The notes: a model not told the origin generated them from the letters alone. Counted from the first letter of the stretch, positions 9,018 through 18,947 are shown. The stretch is 64,000 nucleotides of DNA from Omnitrophica WOR_2 bacterium GWF2_43_52 (GCA_001805445.1 MHGF01000023.1:18859-82858); one strand, 5' to 3'. Made by a program: numbers and translations.

Positions 9018-9803
9018 ATGAATAGAATTGATGCGAAATTTAAGGAGCTGAAGGCGCAAGGCAAAAAAGCCTTGATTGTCTATATCACCTGCGGTTATCC
9101 TGATATCGCGACAACGGAAAAATTAGTTCTTGAGTTAGAAAAAAGAGGCGTGGATATTATTGAATTGGGTGTGCCTTTTTCTGATCCATTGGCAGATGGC
9201 CCGATAATTCAGGAGGCATCAAGCTATGCCCTTAAAAAGAAGATTAACCTCAAGGATATATTTTTTTTGGTAAAGCGGTTAAGGCGGAAAAGCCAAATTC
9301 CTCTTTGCCTTATGGGCTACTACAACCCGATTTTTTCTTTTGGCCAGGATAGGTTTGTTGCCGAAGCGATTAACGCTGGAATTGATGGTGTGATTATTCC
9401 GGATTTACCTCCGGAGGAAGATGAGCGGCTTGTGTCTTTGGCCAAGAGGTCCGGGCTTAAGACTATCTTTTTCTTATCTCCTACAAGTTCGTCTGGGCGC
9501 GTAGCATATATCAGTAAAGTTTCAACAGGCTTTATTTACTATGTTTCTTTAACAGGAGTAACGGGAGCACGGCAGGCGTTGCCCGCGGATTTACAACAGA
9601 ACATTAGAGCAATTAAACGCTGTACTACAAAACCGGTATGCGTTGGTTTTGGCATATCCAAGCCAGAGCATATTAAGGAAGTTTTCAAAGCCGCGGATGG
9701 CGTCATTGTGGGAAGCGCGGTGGTTAAAGTAATTAAAGAGAATATCGGTAAACAGGATTTAGTTCAAGGGGTTGGAAGGTTTGTAAAAAATTTGATGAGA
9801 TGA
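9018..9803 (+). CDS. trpA: Tryptophan synthase alpha chain
   Basis: IELGVPFSDPLADGPIIQ, YVSLTGVTG, VGFGIS, DGVIVGSA. Confidence 0.98.
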   Translation: MNRIDAKFKELKAQGKKALIVYITCGYPDIATTEKLVLELEKRGVDIIELGVPFSDPLADGPIIQEASSYALKKKINLKDIFFLVKRLRRKSQIPLCLMGYYNPIFSFGQDRFVAEAINAGIDGVIIPDLPPEEDERLVSLAKRSGLKTIFFLSPTSSSGRVAYISKVSTGFIYYVSLTGVTGARQALPADLQQNIRAIKRCTTKPVCVGFGISKPEHIKEVFKAADGVIVGSAVVKVIKENIGKQDLVQGVGRFVKNLMR

Positions 9804-9863
9804 GAAATTGTTAAATGGCCGCATTGCTAAACTGTTTGACACTAAGGCAATGACATAAAAACT

Positions 9864-11129
9864 ATGTATGAAAAATCCACATTAGATAACGGTTTACGTT
9901 TAGTTACCCATAAGATGCCCGAACGCAATTCAGCGGCAATTGGTATTTGGGTTGGCGTTGGCGGCCGCTACGAACAAAAGGCAAATAAAGGCATCGCCCA
10001 TTTGATAGAGCATCTTTCGTTTAAGGGCACAAAAAAATATTCAGCTAAAGAAATCAAAGAAAAGATTGAAGGCGTGGGCGGTTCCTTGAACGCCTTTACG
10101 TCTGAAGAGTTTACCTGTTATCTTACCAAGATTATCGCTAAGCATATAGGGCTGGCGATAGATATTTTATCTGATATGGTTTTAGAGCCGCTTTTCGCGC
10201 AAAAAGACCTTGAAAAAGAAAAATCAGTTATCCTGGAAGAAATCAAGATGTATCGCGACCTTCCTCAGGCATACGTGAATGAGCTTTTAGATGAGCTCCT
10301 TTGGCCGGAGCAGCCATTAGGGATGAACCTTGCCGGAACCATGGAATCCGTGAGTGCTTTGTCTCAAAGGCAGGTGGTTGATTTTCAAGAGTTGTTTTAT
10401 CATCCTCGGAATATTGTGGTTTCAGTAAGCGGCGCTATTGAACATAAAAGAATATTTGAATATTTATCAGGGATATTTCTAAAGGCTAAGGCTAAAAATC
10501 CTATACCGTTTCAGAAGGCAGGGCAGGCCCGGAAGCAGCCCTGTACGACATTCTTTCATAAGCAAACTGAGCAAAGCCATTTAGCCATAGGTTATCATGG
10601 ATATAAACGCACGCATCCGGACAGGCACGCCCTCGGGCTTTTGCATATTATCTTGGGCGCGAATATGTCCAGCCGTCTTTTTAATGAGGTGAGGGAGAAG
10701 AAAGGGCTTGCCTATGAGATTGGCACCCACCCCAGGTATTTCCAGGATACCGGGGCGTTTTATATTCACGCGGGGGTAGACAATAAAAAAGTAGCCGCGG
10801 CGCTTTCTACTATCTGTAAAGAAATGGATAAGATTACTAGAATCCCGGTGGCAAAACAGGAATTTATCCGCGCCAAGGAATATTATAGCGGCCAGCTTCT
10901 GATGAGCCTTGAGGATACCCTTGACCATATGGTATGGATGGGAGAGCAGGAGAGCGCTTTAGGAAAAATTAAAAGCGCGCGGGATATCCTCAAGGAAATA
11001 CAGAAAGTAACTATTGATGACTTAACGAGGGTGGCAGAGGATATTTTTAAGCTCACCAATATAAATCTGGCACTCATTGGCCCTCAGGATTCATCGGAAC
11101 AGGAAAGAATCAGGGGTTTATTGTCATGA
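9864..11129 (+). CDS. M16 (pitrilysin) family zinc peptidase
   Basis: HLIEH inverted zinc motif, NAFTSEE, SSRLFNEVREKKGLAY. Confidence 0.93.
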   Translation: MYEKSTLDNGLRLVTHKMPERNSAAIGIWVGVGGRYEQKANKGIAHLIEHLSFKGTKKYSAKEIKEKIEGVGGSLNAFTSEEFTCYLTKIIAKHIGLAIDILSDMVLEPLFAQKDLEKEKSVILEEIKMYRDLPQAYVNELLDELLWPEQPLGMNLAGTMESVSALSQRQVVDFQELFYHPRNIVVSVSGAIEHKRIFEYLSGIFLKAKAKNPIPFQKAGQARKQPCTTFFHKQTEQSHLAIGYHGYKRTHPDRHALGLLHIILGANMSSRLFNEVREKKGLAYEIGTHPRYFQDTGAFYIHAGVDNKKVAAALSTICKEMDKITRIPVAKQEFIRAKEYYSGQLLMSLEDTLDHMVWMGEQESALGKIKSARDILKEIQKVTIDDLTRVAEDIFKLTNINLALIGPQDSSEQERIRGLLS

Positions 11130-11141
11130 GGCTCTTTAAAA

Positions 11142-12575
11142 ATGAATCAAAATAATCTGCTCAAAACGCATAATAGCCACCAGCGCTATATCTTGAGGCC
11201 AAGTAGTTTTGCCTTGTTGCTGCCTGAATTAAGGGAACTCCTCCAAAGTAAGGAATTTTCTCCTCTAAAAGATGTCCTGAAGACAATCCATTCTATTGAT
11301 TTAGCCGAAGGCTGGACGAAGCTTAATCCGCAGGAAAAAATCCTTATTTTCCGCCTTTTAAGCTCACGCAAGGCTGTCGAAATCTTTGAGGAATTACGCT
11401 TTGAAGAACAATCATATCTTTTGAGCAATCTGGATAACCAGGAGGTGGTTTCAGTAGTAAATGAAATGGTATCAGACCAGCGGGCGCAGCTTTTTAAGGA
11501 TTTAAACCCCAAAACGGTGAAGAAACTTTTTTCGGTAATGAAGAAGGAAGAAGTTGATGATGTGCGTAAGCTCCTTACCTTTAAAGAAGGCCTTGCCGGA
11601 AGCATTATGACTACTGAATTTGTGGAGCTTAAGAAGGCGATGACTGCCCGCCAGGCAATCCTGCGTATTCAGGAGACTTGTAAGGCCGGACAGAATGCCA
11701 ATATTTATTCTATCTATGTCACCGATGACGAGCATAAGCTTACCGGAGGCATCAGCCTGCAGGCGCTTATTACCGCTCCTTCAGATATGCTGGTAAAAGA
11801 TATTATGTCAGATGTTGATGTTATCAAGATTGACTGCCACATGCCAAAAGAAGATGTGGCAAAGCAGTTTTCTAAATATGACTTGCTTGATGCTCCCGTC
11901 GTGGATGATAGTAATCAATTATTGGGGATTATTACTATTGATGATGTGGTGGATTTGATTAATAAAGAAGCGACAAAGGCATTATATGAATTTGGCAAGA
12001 TGGAGGCAAAAGGCGGCGTTGAAATCCGTTATGCCAGCGCTACCGTTAAAGAATTGATACAGCGCAGGGTAGGATGGCTGATGCTGCTGCTTATGTTTGA
12101 CTTTCTTACCGGGACGGTGCTAAAGAATTTTGAACATGCCTTGGGGTCGGTGGTGGCGCTGTCCTTTTTTATCCCGATGCTTTTAGATACCGGGGGCAAT
12201 GCCGGGGCGCAAACGTCAATTACTATTATCAGAGGCTTAGCCACAGGGGATGTTACCATAAAAAATGTCTGGAAGATTGTCCGCCTTGAATTCTTAACCT
12301 CAATTTTTATGGGCTTTATTGTAGGGTTAGTGGCGTTTCTGCGCGCCTTCATGCTGCAGAAGGATTTGATGCTTGCTTTGACCGTAGGCACAACAATGAC
12401 TACGGTTGTGCTCTTAGCGATTGGAACGGGTATATTCTTGCCGCTATTTTCCAAGAAAGTCGGCCTTGACCCGGCGGTATTAGCCGGCCCTATTACTACT
12501 AGTGTTGTTGATGTGGTAGGATTGCTTATTTATTTTAATATCGCGAGAACCTTTATTCCGGCATTGGGGCATTAA
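11142..12575 (+). CDS. mgtE: Magnesium transporter MgtE
   Basis: AGSIMTTEFV, CBS pair, PMLLDTGGNAGAQ, DPAVLAGPITTSVVDVVG. Confidence 0.95.
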   Translation: MNQNNLLKTHNSHQRYILRPSSFALLLPELRELLQSKEFSPLKDVLKTIHSIDLAEGWTKLNPQEKILIFRLLSSRKAVEIFEELRFEEQSYLLSNLDNQEVVSVVNEMVSDQRAQLFKDLNPKTVKKLFSVMKKEEVDDVRKLLTFKEGLAGSIMTTEFVELKKAMTARQAILRIQETCKAGQNANIYSIYVTDDEHKLTGGISLQALITAPSDMLVKDIMSDVDVIKIDCHMPKEDVAKQFSKYDLLDAPVVDDSNQLLGIITIDDVVDLINKEATKALYEFGKMEAKGGVEIRYASATVKELIQRRVGWLMLLLMFDFLTGTVLKNFEHALGSVVALSFFIPMLLDTGGNAGAQTSITIIRGLATGDVTIKNVWKIVRLEFLTSIFMGFIVGLVAFLRAFMLQKDLMLALTVGTTMTTVVLLAIGTGIFLPLFSKKVGLDPAVLAGPITTSVVDVVGLLIYFNIARTFIPALGH

Positions 12576-13588
12576 TGCATATCCTCGTATCTATCCCTAC
12601 TATAATAATCCTGGCTGTCTTGGCGTTGTTGTCATTTTTCTTCTCCGCCTCCGAAGCGTCGCTGATTGCCTTAAGCAAACTTAGGGCAAAGCACTTGGTA
12701 AATCAGGGAGTTAAGGGCTCGCAGACAGTATTCCGGTTGATTACGAAATTAGACAGGGTGATAGCGGCGATATTAATAGGCAATAATTTCGTTAATATTT
12801 TGATGTCAAGCCTGGCAACGGTTATCGCGGTAGGCATATTTGGGGCGAATTGGGGAGTGCTTATCGCCACGTTTAGCGTGACTTTATTCGTTTTAATTTT
12901 TTGCGAAATCAGCCCTAAGACTTTAGCTATCCGGTATTCGGAAAAAACCGCGCTTGTTACCGCGCCTTTCTTAGAGGCGTTCGTGAACGCCTTTAGTACC
13001 TTTATTACGTTGTTCATCGGCATAACCAATCTGTTTCTTAAGGCCTTTGGTATCAAGCCGGAGAAACGTTCTCCGCTTATCAGCGAAGAGGAATTAAAGC
13101 TGATGATTGAAATCGGAAAAGACGAAGGGGTTTTGTCCGATGAAGAGCGAAAGATGCTGCATCGGATCTTTGAGTTTGGCGATACCAAGGTTAATTCGGT
13201 AATGATTCCTAGGGAAAAAATGGTTGCCATCAGTAAATCCGCCAACAGCGAGGCATTGCTTGACTTATTAGTTGAAGAAGGCCATGCCAGAATCCCTGTG
13301 TATGAAGGTTCGCCCGATACAATTATCGGGATTATTTACGCGCGGGACCTGCTGTATCTTTGGCGTAACAAGGCGCTTGTGGTAGTGGAGGATTTGATTC
13401 ATCCGGCGTATTATGTAGCTGCCTCTAAGCGGGTGAATGAGCTTTTACGCGAATTTCAATCAAAACGCCTGCAGATTGCGATTGTAAGGGATGAGCATAA
13501 TAAGGCTTTAGGGCTGGTAACGCTTGAGGACCTGTTTGAGGAAATTGTGGGGGAGATAGAAGAAGAAACAATTGACAGGCAGAGGTGA
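12575..13588 (+). CDS. CNNM/DUF21-CBS hemolysin-family (HlyC/CorB-like) Mg2+ transport protein
   Basis: FFSASEASL, ILIGNNFVN, EISPKTLA, HARIPVY, VTLEDLFEEIVGEI. Confidence 0.9.
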   Translation: MHILVSIPTIIILAVLALLSFFFSASEASLIALSKLRAKHLVNQGVKGSQTVFRLITKLDRVIAAILIGNNFVNILMSSLATVIAVGIFGANWGVLIATFSVTLFVLIFCEISPKTLAIRYSEKTALVTAPFLEAFVNAFSTFITLFIGITNLFLKAFGIKPEKRSPLISEEELKLMIEIGKDEGVLSDEERKMLHRIFEFGDTKVNSVMIPREKMVAISKSANSEALLDLLVEEGHARIPVYEGSPDTIIGIIYARDLLYLWRNKALVVVEDLIHPAYYVAASKRVNELLREFQSKRLQIAIVRDEHNKALGLVTLEDLFEEIVGEIEEETIDRQR

Positions 13589-13661
13589 TTGTGTTAGTAT
13601 TAACACTCGTTGATTTCAGGGTTGTGCAGAGAGATAACCTTATTATAAGGAGGGATACGTC

Positions 13662-13811
13662 ATGGCTGAAAAGGGATATTGCGTAAAATGTAAGGCGTCG
13701 AAGGAAATGGTGGATGCGCAAGAAGTAACCATGAAAAACGGCCGTAAGGCAATGAAGGGTAAATGCCCTGATTGCTCAACCGGCATGTATAAGATTTTAG
13801 GCAAAAAATAA
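13662..13811 (+). CDS. 49-aa four-cysteine basic protein (DUF5679-like), absent from the ORF track
   Basis: AAGGAGG RBS; MAEKGYCVKCKASKEMVDAQEVTMKNGRKAMKGKCPDCSTGMYKILGKK. Confidence 0.85.
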   Translation: MAEKGYCVKCKASKEMVDAQEVTMKNGRKAMKGKCPDCSTGMYKILGKK

Positions 13812-13915
13812 ATTCGGACTATCTTTGTAAGATAATAATTGCTGCGTGTACCGTTACGGTAAACGGTACGCGGTGCGCGGTACACGAAACATAGTTTTAC
13901 TATAGGAGCAATACC

Positions 13916-14323
13916 ATAGATTCGTTTGAAAAAGTATATTTAGTTGCCCGCCTCGCGCAGGATAAGAAAGCAGAGGATATCAAGCTCCTGGATATGCGCG
14001 GGGTGAGCAACTTCTGTGATTTCTTCGTTCTCTTGACCGTATCCTCAAGCCGAAGGGCGCAGGCTGTTTCTGACAGTATAAAGGAAGAGCTGTTGAAGCA
14101 GCAGGTCAGGCATAAGGCAGAAGAGGGTACCCCTGAGTCAGGCTGGCTGCTGCTTGACCTATACGATGTCGTAGTGCATATCTTTGACGCCCAGGCGCGA
14201 GAGTTCTTTAACCTTGACAGGCTCTGGGCTGATGCCCCAAGTTTGGAATTTCCCCTAAAGAAACATGTCTCTAAACAAGGTAGAAAATCTTCTCACCGAA
14301 CTCCTCGCCAGAAAACTCAATGA
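13916..14323 (+). CDS. rsfS: Ribosome silencing factor RsfS, probable ATA start
   Basis: DKKAEDI...D..GVSNFCDFFV, WLLLDLYDVVVHIF, REFFNLDRLWAD; conserved N-terminus lies upstream of the first ATG (13994); AGGAG 7 nt before ATA 13916. Confidence 0.88.
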   Translation: MDSFEKVYLVARLAQDKKAEDIKLLDMRGVSNFCDFFVLLTVSSSRRAQAVSDSIKEELLKQQVRHKAEEGTPESGWLLLDLYDVVVHIFDAQAREFFNLDRLWADAPSLEFPLKKHVSKQGRKSSHRTPRQKTQ

Positions 14324-16013
14324 AACGTTCAATGCCCAAGAGCCATTATTTGGGCTTCAGGGACAGCTTTTAGAGTCTCCCAAGGATGAAGCCTTTGGTG
14401 ATATTTCTACCTCGGTTGCCCTCAAATTAGCCGCTATCCTTAAGCGTTCCCCCCGGGACATCGCGAAAGAAATTGTCGCGTGGCTTTACAAAGAAATAGC
14501 GGTGTCCTCGCTAAAAACCTCCATTGAGAAAATCGATATCGCGGGAGCGGGATTTATTAATTTTTACCTGTCGAAAGAATATTTTTATTCTCTTCTGAAA
14601 GAGGCCATTAGCTCGGAGTCGCCTTTTATGGGGCAGGCTAAAAAAGACAGGCGGGTGCTTGTTGAGTTTGTAAGCGCTAACCCTACAGGCCCGCTTTCTG
14701 TCGCCCATGGACGCCAGGCGGCAGTGGGGGATGCGCTGTGTAATGTGCTTAAATATGCAGGCTATGAACTAACCCGGGAATATTATCTCAATGATGAGGG
14801 CAATCAAATCAATATCTTGGGTAAGTCTATCGCCTTGCGTTTACAGGAACTAAAAGGAGAAAGAATAGAATTCCCCGAGGATCACTACCAGGGGGAGTAT
14901 ATCATAGATTTGGCAAAAGAATTGTATCAGGCCAGGGACGAGGGACGAGGGACGAGGGACGAGGGACCATGGACGAGGGATGAGGAACGAGAGACGAGAG
15001 ACGATGGACGAGAGACGATAGGCGAGAGACGATGGACGATAGACGATTGCCGCGACTATGGAGTAAAAAGAATCTTAGAAATAATTAAAAAGGAGCTTGA
15101 GGATTTCGGGGTTAGGTTTGATGCGTGGTATAGCCAGGCATCGTTACAGAAATCAGGCAAAATTGAGGAAACGCTTGCTTTGTTAAGGAGTAAAGGCTTT
15201 ATTTATGACCAGGATTCGGCAGTATGGTTTGCATCAACAAAATTCGGAGACGATAAAGATCGCGTCGTTATTAAATCTGACGGCAGCTATACCTATTTAG
15301 CCCCTGATATCGCCTATCATCAGGATAAATTCAGGCGGGGTTTTGACTGGTTGGTTAATCTGTGGGGCCCTGACCATCACGGCTATATCGGGCGGATGAA
15401 GGCCGCGGTAGAGGCATTAGGAAGAGAGAAAGAGGCTTTGAATGTCGTTATTGTCCAGCTGGCAACGCTTTATAAAGATGGCAAGGTCGTTTCTATGTCA
15501 ACCCGTAGAGGCGAGTACGTTACCTTGCGCCAGGTAATAGATGAGGTAGGAGTGGATGCGGGACGGTTTTTTTTCTTAATGCGCCGTACCGATAGCCACT
15601 TGGATTTTGATTTAGAGCTTGCCAAAAAACAAAGCTCTGAAAATCCCGTGTATTATATTCAATACGCCCACGCGCGCATTGCTAATATTTTAGCTCATGC
15701 CGGTATAGCGCCTGCTCAAATCAAAAACGCGGATATGTCGCTCTTAAAGGAAAAAGAGGAACTATCGTTACTTAAAGCAATTGCCCACTTTGAGAGCTGC
15801 CTGAAAATTGCCGAAATCCAGCTTGATCCTTATTGCGTCAGCACCTATCTGCAGGCTCTGGCAGAAAGTTTTCACCGCTTTTATGATCTTCATAGGGTAT
15901 TAGTTGACGATGTCCCGCTTAAAACCGCGCGGCTGAGCCTTATTTTAGGCTGTAAAACTGTTATTGCCGCGGCCCTTAAACTCTTAGGAGTAAGCGCTCC
16001 GGAGAAGATGTAA
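14265..16013 (+). CDS. argS: Arginyl-tRNA synthetase with tandem-repeat insertion
   Basis: VEFVSANPTGPLSVAHGR, YYLNDEGNQ, WGPDHHGY, MSTRRG, NPVYYIQYAHAR, APEKM. Confidence 0.97.
   Translation: MSLNKVENLLTELLARKLNETFNAQEPLFGLQGQLLESPKDEAFGDISTSVALKLAAILKRSPRDIAKEIVAWLYKEIAVSSLKTSIEKIDIAGAGFINFYLSKEYFYSLLKEAISSESPFMGQAKKDRRVLVEFVSANPTGPLSVAHGRQAAVGDALCNVLKYAGYELTREYYLNDEGNQINILGKSIALRLQELKGERIEFPEDHYQGEYIIDLAKELYQARDEGRGTRDEGPWTRDEERETRDDGRETIGERRWTIDDCRDYGVKRILEIIKKELEDFGVRFDAWYSQASLQKSGKIEETLALLRSKGFIYDQDSAVWFASTKFGDDKDRVVIKSDGSYTYLAPDIAYHQDKFRRGFDWLVNLWGPDHHGYIGRMKAAVEALGREKEALNVVIVQLATLYKDGKVVSMSTRRGEYVTLRQVIDEVGVDAGRFFFLMRRTDSHLDFDLELAKKQSSENPVYYIQYAHARIANILAHAGIAPAQIKNADMSLLKEKEELSLLKAIAHFESCLKIAEIQLDPYCVSTYLQALAESFHRFYDLHRVLVDDVPLKTARLSLILGCKTVIAAALKLLGVSAPEKM
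14934..15045 (+). repeat. 16 x 7-bp degenerate tandem repeat (AGGGACG/AGAGACG/ATGGACG) inside argS
   Basis: Direct reading of 16 consecutive heptamers; encodes RDEGRGTRDEGPWTRDEERETRDDGRETIGERRWTIDD. Confidence 0.92.
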
Positions 16014-17707
16014 TGCCAAAGCTATGGAAGCTAAAACCCGCCGATATCCCCTTACAAAAAAAGCTTAGCCAGGAATTAGGCATTTCTCCAATCCTCGCCC
16101 AGGTATTGATTAACCGTAACATACGCTCGCAAGAATCCGCGCGGGAATTCTTGAATCCCCGTTTATCAGGCCTCCATGATACCAAGCTTCTTCCGGATAT
16201 AGATAAGGCAAAAGAAAGAATTCTAAAAGCCTTTAAGAATAAGGAAAATATTTTGCTGTTTTCCGATTACGATGCTGACGGCTTGACGTCTTTGGCGGTT
16301 TTAAAGATTGCCTTCGGGAAATTGGGAATACCTCATGAGTACTACGTGCCTCATAGGCTTAAGGAAGGATATGGCTTAAGTGAACATTTGGTTACGTATG
16401 CCCATGAACACGGTTTTACTTTAATCATAACTCTTGACTGCGGGATAAGTAATAGCAAGGAGATAGAGGCTCTTAAAAGGCTGGCTATTGATACAATCGT
16501 TATTGATCATCATCAGCTTGACGCGGGAAAACTTCCTCCTGCCCACAGCGTGATTAATCCTAAACGCCAGGATTCCCGGTATCCTTATCAGGAGTTGGCA
16601 GGGGTAGGGCTTAGCTATAAGGTTGCCGTAAGCCTTCTTGATAGCTTAATGGAGGAAGAACTCGATTTGGTGTGTATAGGCACTATCGCGGATGTCGTGC
16701 CGCTGGTAGGGGAAAACCGTATTATTGTCAAAGAGGGCTTGAAAAAACTTGTTTCCACGAAGCGCCAAGGCCTGCAATCGTTAATAGAGGTCACCGGGCT
16801 CAAGAACAAGGCAATCACGGCCGAGCATGTAAGCTTTATTTTGGCTCCTCGCATCAATGCCTGCGGCAGGATTGGCCCATCAGATGCCGCGCTTGAACTG
16901 CTCTTGTGTGACAGCGATGACAAGGCAGGCCTTTTGGCGCGTGAATTACACGACAAGAATAAAGAGCGCCAGCGTATAGAAAGCCGGATTTTGCAAGAGG
17001 CATTACAGCAACTAGAGGCTGAAATTGATTTGGCCAACGAAAGGGTTATCATTGTGCATAATGATAACTGGCATCAGGGTGTCTTGGGGATTATTGCCTC
17101 AAAGATAAGCGATCGGTTTCACCGCCCGGCATTTGTGGTTTCGTTTTCTGATGGGCTGGGCAAAGGCTCGGGGCGTTCCATTGAGAACTTTCATCTCTTT
17201 GAAGGCTTGAGGGAATGCAGCCAGCATCTGGTGGGTTTCGGTGGCCATAAGCGCGCCTGCGGGATGAGTATCCTAAAAAAAGAAATTGAAAATTTCAGAA
17301 AAAGCATCAACAGGATCGCTTTCGAAAAATTGACCCCTCATGACCTTATGCCGAGTATCACCATTGATGCCCAGATGAGCTTATCCAGTCTTTCCCTGGA
17401 TTTACTGCAGGAGCTTTCTTTGTTAGAGCCTTTTGGCAACGCCAATCCAAAGCCGATTTTCTCAAGCGCAAACCTTTCTGTAAAATCAAAACCCGCCCTC
17501 ATGGGCAAAGATACCCTGAAATTTTGGGTGACTGACGGTAAACAGGCCTATCAGGCGATAGGCTTCGGCATGGGCCGTTATTTCGATTTAGTCAGCTGCT
17601 CCGAAACAATAAATCTCGCCTATAGAATTTCCCTTGATACCTGGAATGGAAATAACCAACTGCAGCTTGAGATAGAAGATATCCAGCAATGTCAATGCCA
17701 GGCATAG
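16013..17707 (+). CDS. recJ: ssDNA exonuclease RecJ
   Basis: DYDADG, TLDCG, IDHH, GTIADVVPL, APRINACGR, GSGRS, GGHKRACG, EPFGNANP. Confidence 0.96.
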   Translation: MPKLWKLKPADIPLQKKLSQELGISPILAQVLINRNIRSQESAREFLNPRLSGLHDTKLLPDIDKAKERILKAFKNKENILLFSDYDADGLTSLAVLKIAFGKLGIPHEYYVPHRLKEGYGLSEHLVTYAHEHGFTLIITLDCGISNSKEIEALKRLAIDTIVIDHHQLDAGKLPPAHSVINPKRQDSRYPYQELAGVGLSYKVAVSLLDSLMEEELDLVCIGTIADVVPLVGENRIIVKEGLKKLVSTKRQGLQSLIEVTGLKNKAITAEHVSFILAPRINACGRIGPSDAALELLLCDSDDKAGLLARELHDKNKERQRIESRILQEALQQLEAEIDLANERVIIVHNDNWHQGVLGIIASKISDRFHRPAFVVSFSDGLGKGSGRSIENFHLFEGLRECSQHLVGFGGHKRACGMSILKKEIENFRKSINRIAFEKLTPHDLMPSITIDAQMSLSSLSLDLLQELSLLEPFGNANPKPIFSSANLSVKSKPALMGKDTLKFWVTDGKQAYQAIGFGMGRYFDLVSCSETINLAYRISLDTWNGNNQLQLEIEDIQQCQCQA

Positions 17708-17872
17708 TCAGATGAAAGGTAACAGTTTAGTTTTTGGAAGTATCCGTCGGTGTCATTGCGAGCCCCGAAGGGGCGAAGCAATCTTATAAAAAGACTGCTT
17801 CGTCGCTGCCGCTCCTCGCAGTGACACGGATGCTTCTACGATGAAAGACATTTTGTTTATGCCTGGCATTGA
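17692..17872. mobile_element. MITE-like family C carrying a nested family-D element
   Basis: TIR tcaatgccaggcata/tatgcctggcattga; 17719-17840 matches 44140-44260; empty form at 37936-37987. Confidence 0.8.
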
Positions 17873-17873
17873 A

Positions 17874-18101
17874 TCAGGCTTTTTTGACTTTTCTGGATTT
17901 GATGCACTTAGTGCAGGCAAAGACAGAGGCGGCCTTTCCTTCAATAATGGCCTTTATTCGCTGCAGATTGGGCTTGATGAGCCGTAAGTTACGGCGGGAA
18001 ATCTTGCTTCCTGTGCCGCCCTTAGCTTTATATTGTCCTTTACGGGACATTACCGCTCCCGCGACCGCTTTCTTACCGCAGTAATAACATATTTTACGCA
18101 T
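17874..18101 (-). CDS. rpmB: 50S ribosomal protein L28
   Basis: CYYCGK...KGGTGSKISRRNLRLIKPNLQ...CTKCIKS, zinc-type with PVC-like insert. Confidence 0.92.
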   Translation of the reverse strand: MRKICYYCGKKAVAGAVMSRKGQYKAKGGTGSKISRRNLRLIKPNLQRIKAIIEGKAASVFACTKCIKSRKVKKA

Positions 18102-18132
18102 GGGTATTATTTTATCATCCTTTCATAGTGTG

Positions 18133-18846
18133 CTAATCGTCATCATCTTTTTCCTTGCAGACTTTTAGACATGGGCCGGGGGTACACTCACTGTCCTCAA
18201 TTTTACCATTTACGTTGGTATCGCAGTTGTTTGCTTTTTCCACCTTGCCTTTGGCCCCTGTAGTTTTTCCTTTAATGCCTCCTGGGGTAATGCCATTCTG
18301 ATAGGTACCGCCGCTGCCGTCTTTATGCCGAAAATACGTACCCTCATCGAGAAGACTGTAAGAGCTGTCTTTCATTAACTTTACTTTCCCAGTAGTAGCG
18401 TTTCTAGTAAAAGTCAGATTTTCGTCGCTTGAGTCGGTGCGCAGTACGTAGGATGAAGGATCCGTTGAAGTATCAAGAGGGCATTTTAATGTCTTTGGGT
18501 TACTGCCATAGTAGCGTTGTGGGAGAGGGATGCCCCAGGCAGGTTTTATGCCAACATGGTTTCTTAAAAAAGCCAGGCAAGGATTTTCCCGCTGTGTGCC
18601 GGTTACTGTTTGATACGCGAGGTAGATTTGCTGTGGGGTAAGCTGGCTTAAGGTGGTTGGAAGGGTATCAGTTTCCATGGTGTAGATATCTACTGCTTTT
18701 TGCAGTACTTGAAGATTTAACAGGCATGCCTTGTCTTTAGAGGAACGGACAGTTTTTTCATAGCTTGCGATAGAAAGAGATACGACAACGGTCAGGATAA
18801 TGATTGCTACCATTACCTCGATTAAGGTAAATGCTATCTTTTTCAT
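18133..18846 (-). CDS. Type IV pilin / pseudopilin-like protein
   Basis: MKKIA|FTLIEVMVAIIIL class III signal, 'CLLNLQVLQKAVDIY', Cys-rich C-terminus; AAGGAGG RBS. Confidence 0.88.
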   Translation of the reverse strand: MKKIAFTLIEVMVAIIILTVVVSLSIASYEKTVRSSKDKACLLNLQVLQKAVDIYTMETDTLPTTLSQLTPQQIYLAYQTVTGTQRENPCLAFLRNHVGIKPAWGIPLPQRYYGSNPKTLKCPLDTSTDPSSYVLRTDSSDENLTFTRNATTGKVKLMKDSSYSLLDEGTYFRHKDGSGGTYQNGITPGGIKGKTTGAKGKVEKANNCDTNVNGKIEDSECTPGPCLKVCKEKDDDD

Positions 18847-18947
18847 GGGTTTGCCTCCTTTTTAGCTGTGGATTATCATTACAGAAGCTGTTGCCTTTGT
18901 CAAGAAAATTCTTGTAAAAGCTATCTCTCTGTGTTAGAGTTAAGCCG

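Noticed and set aside
14934-15045. Repeat arrays (here, 7281-7354 and family B) as CRISPR
   Set aside because: Units are 7-11 bp and contiguous with no unique spacers; no cas genes
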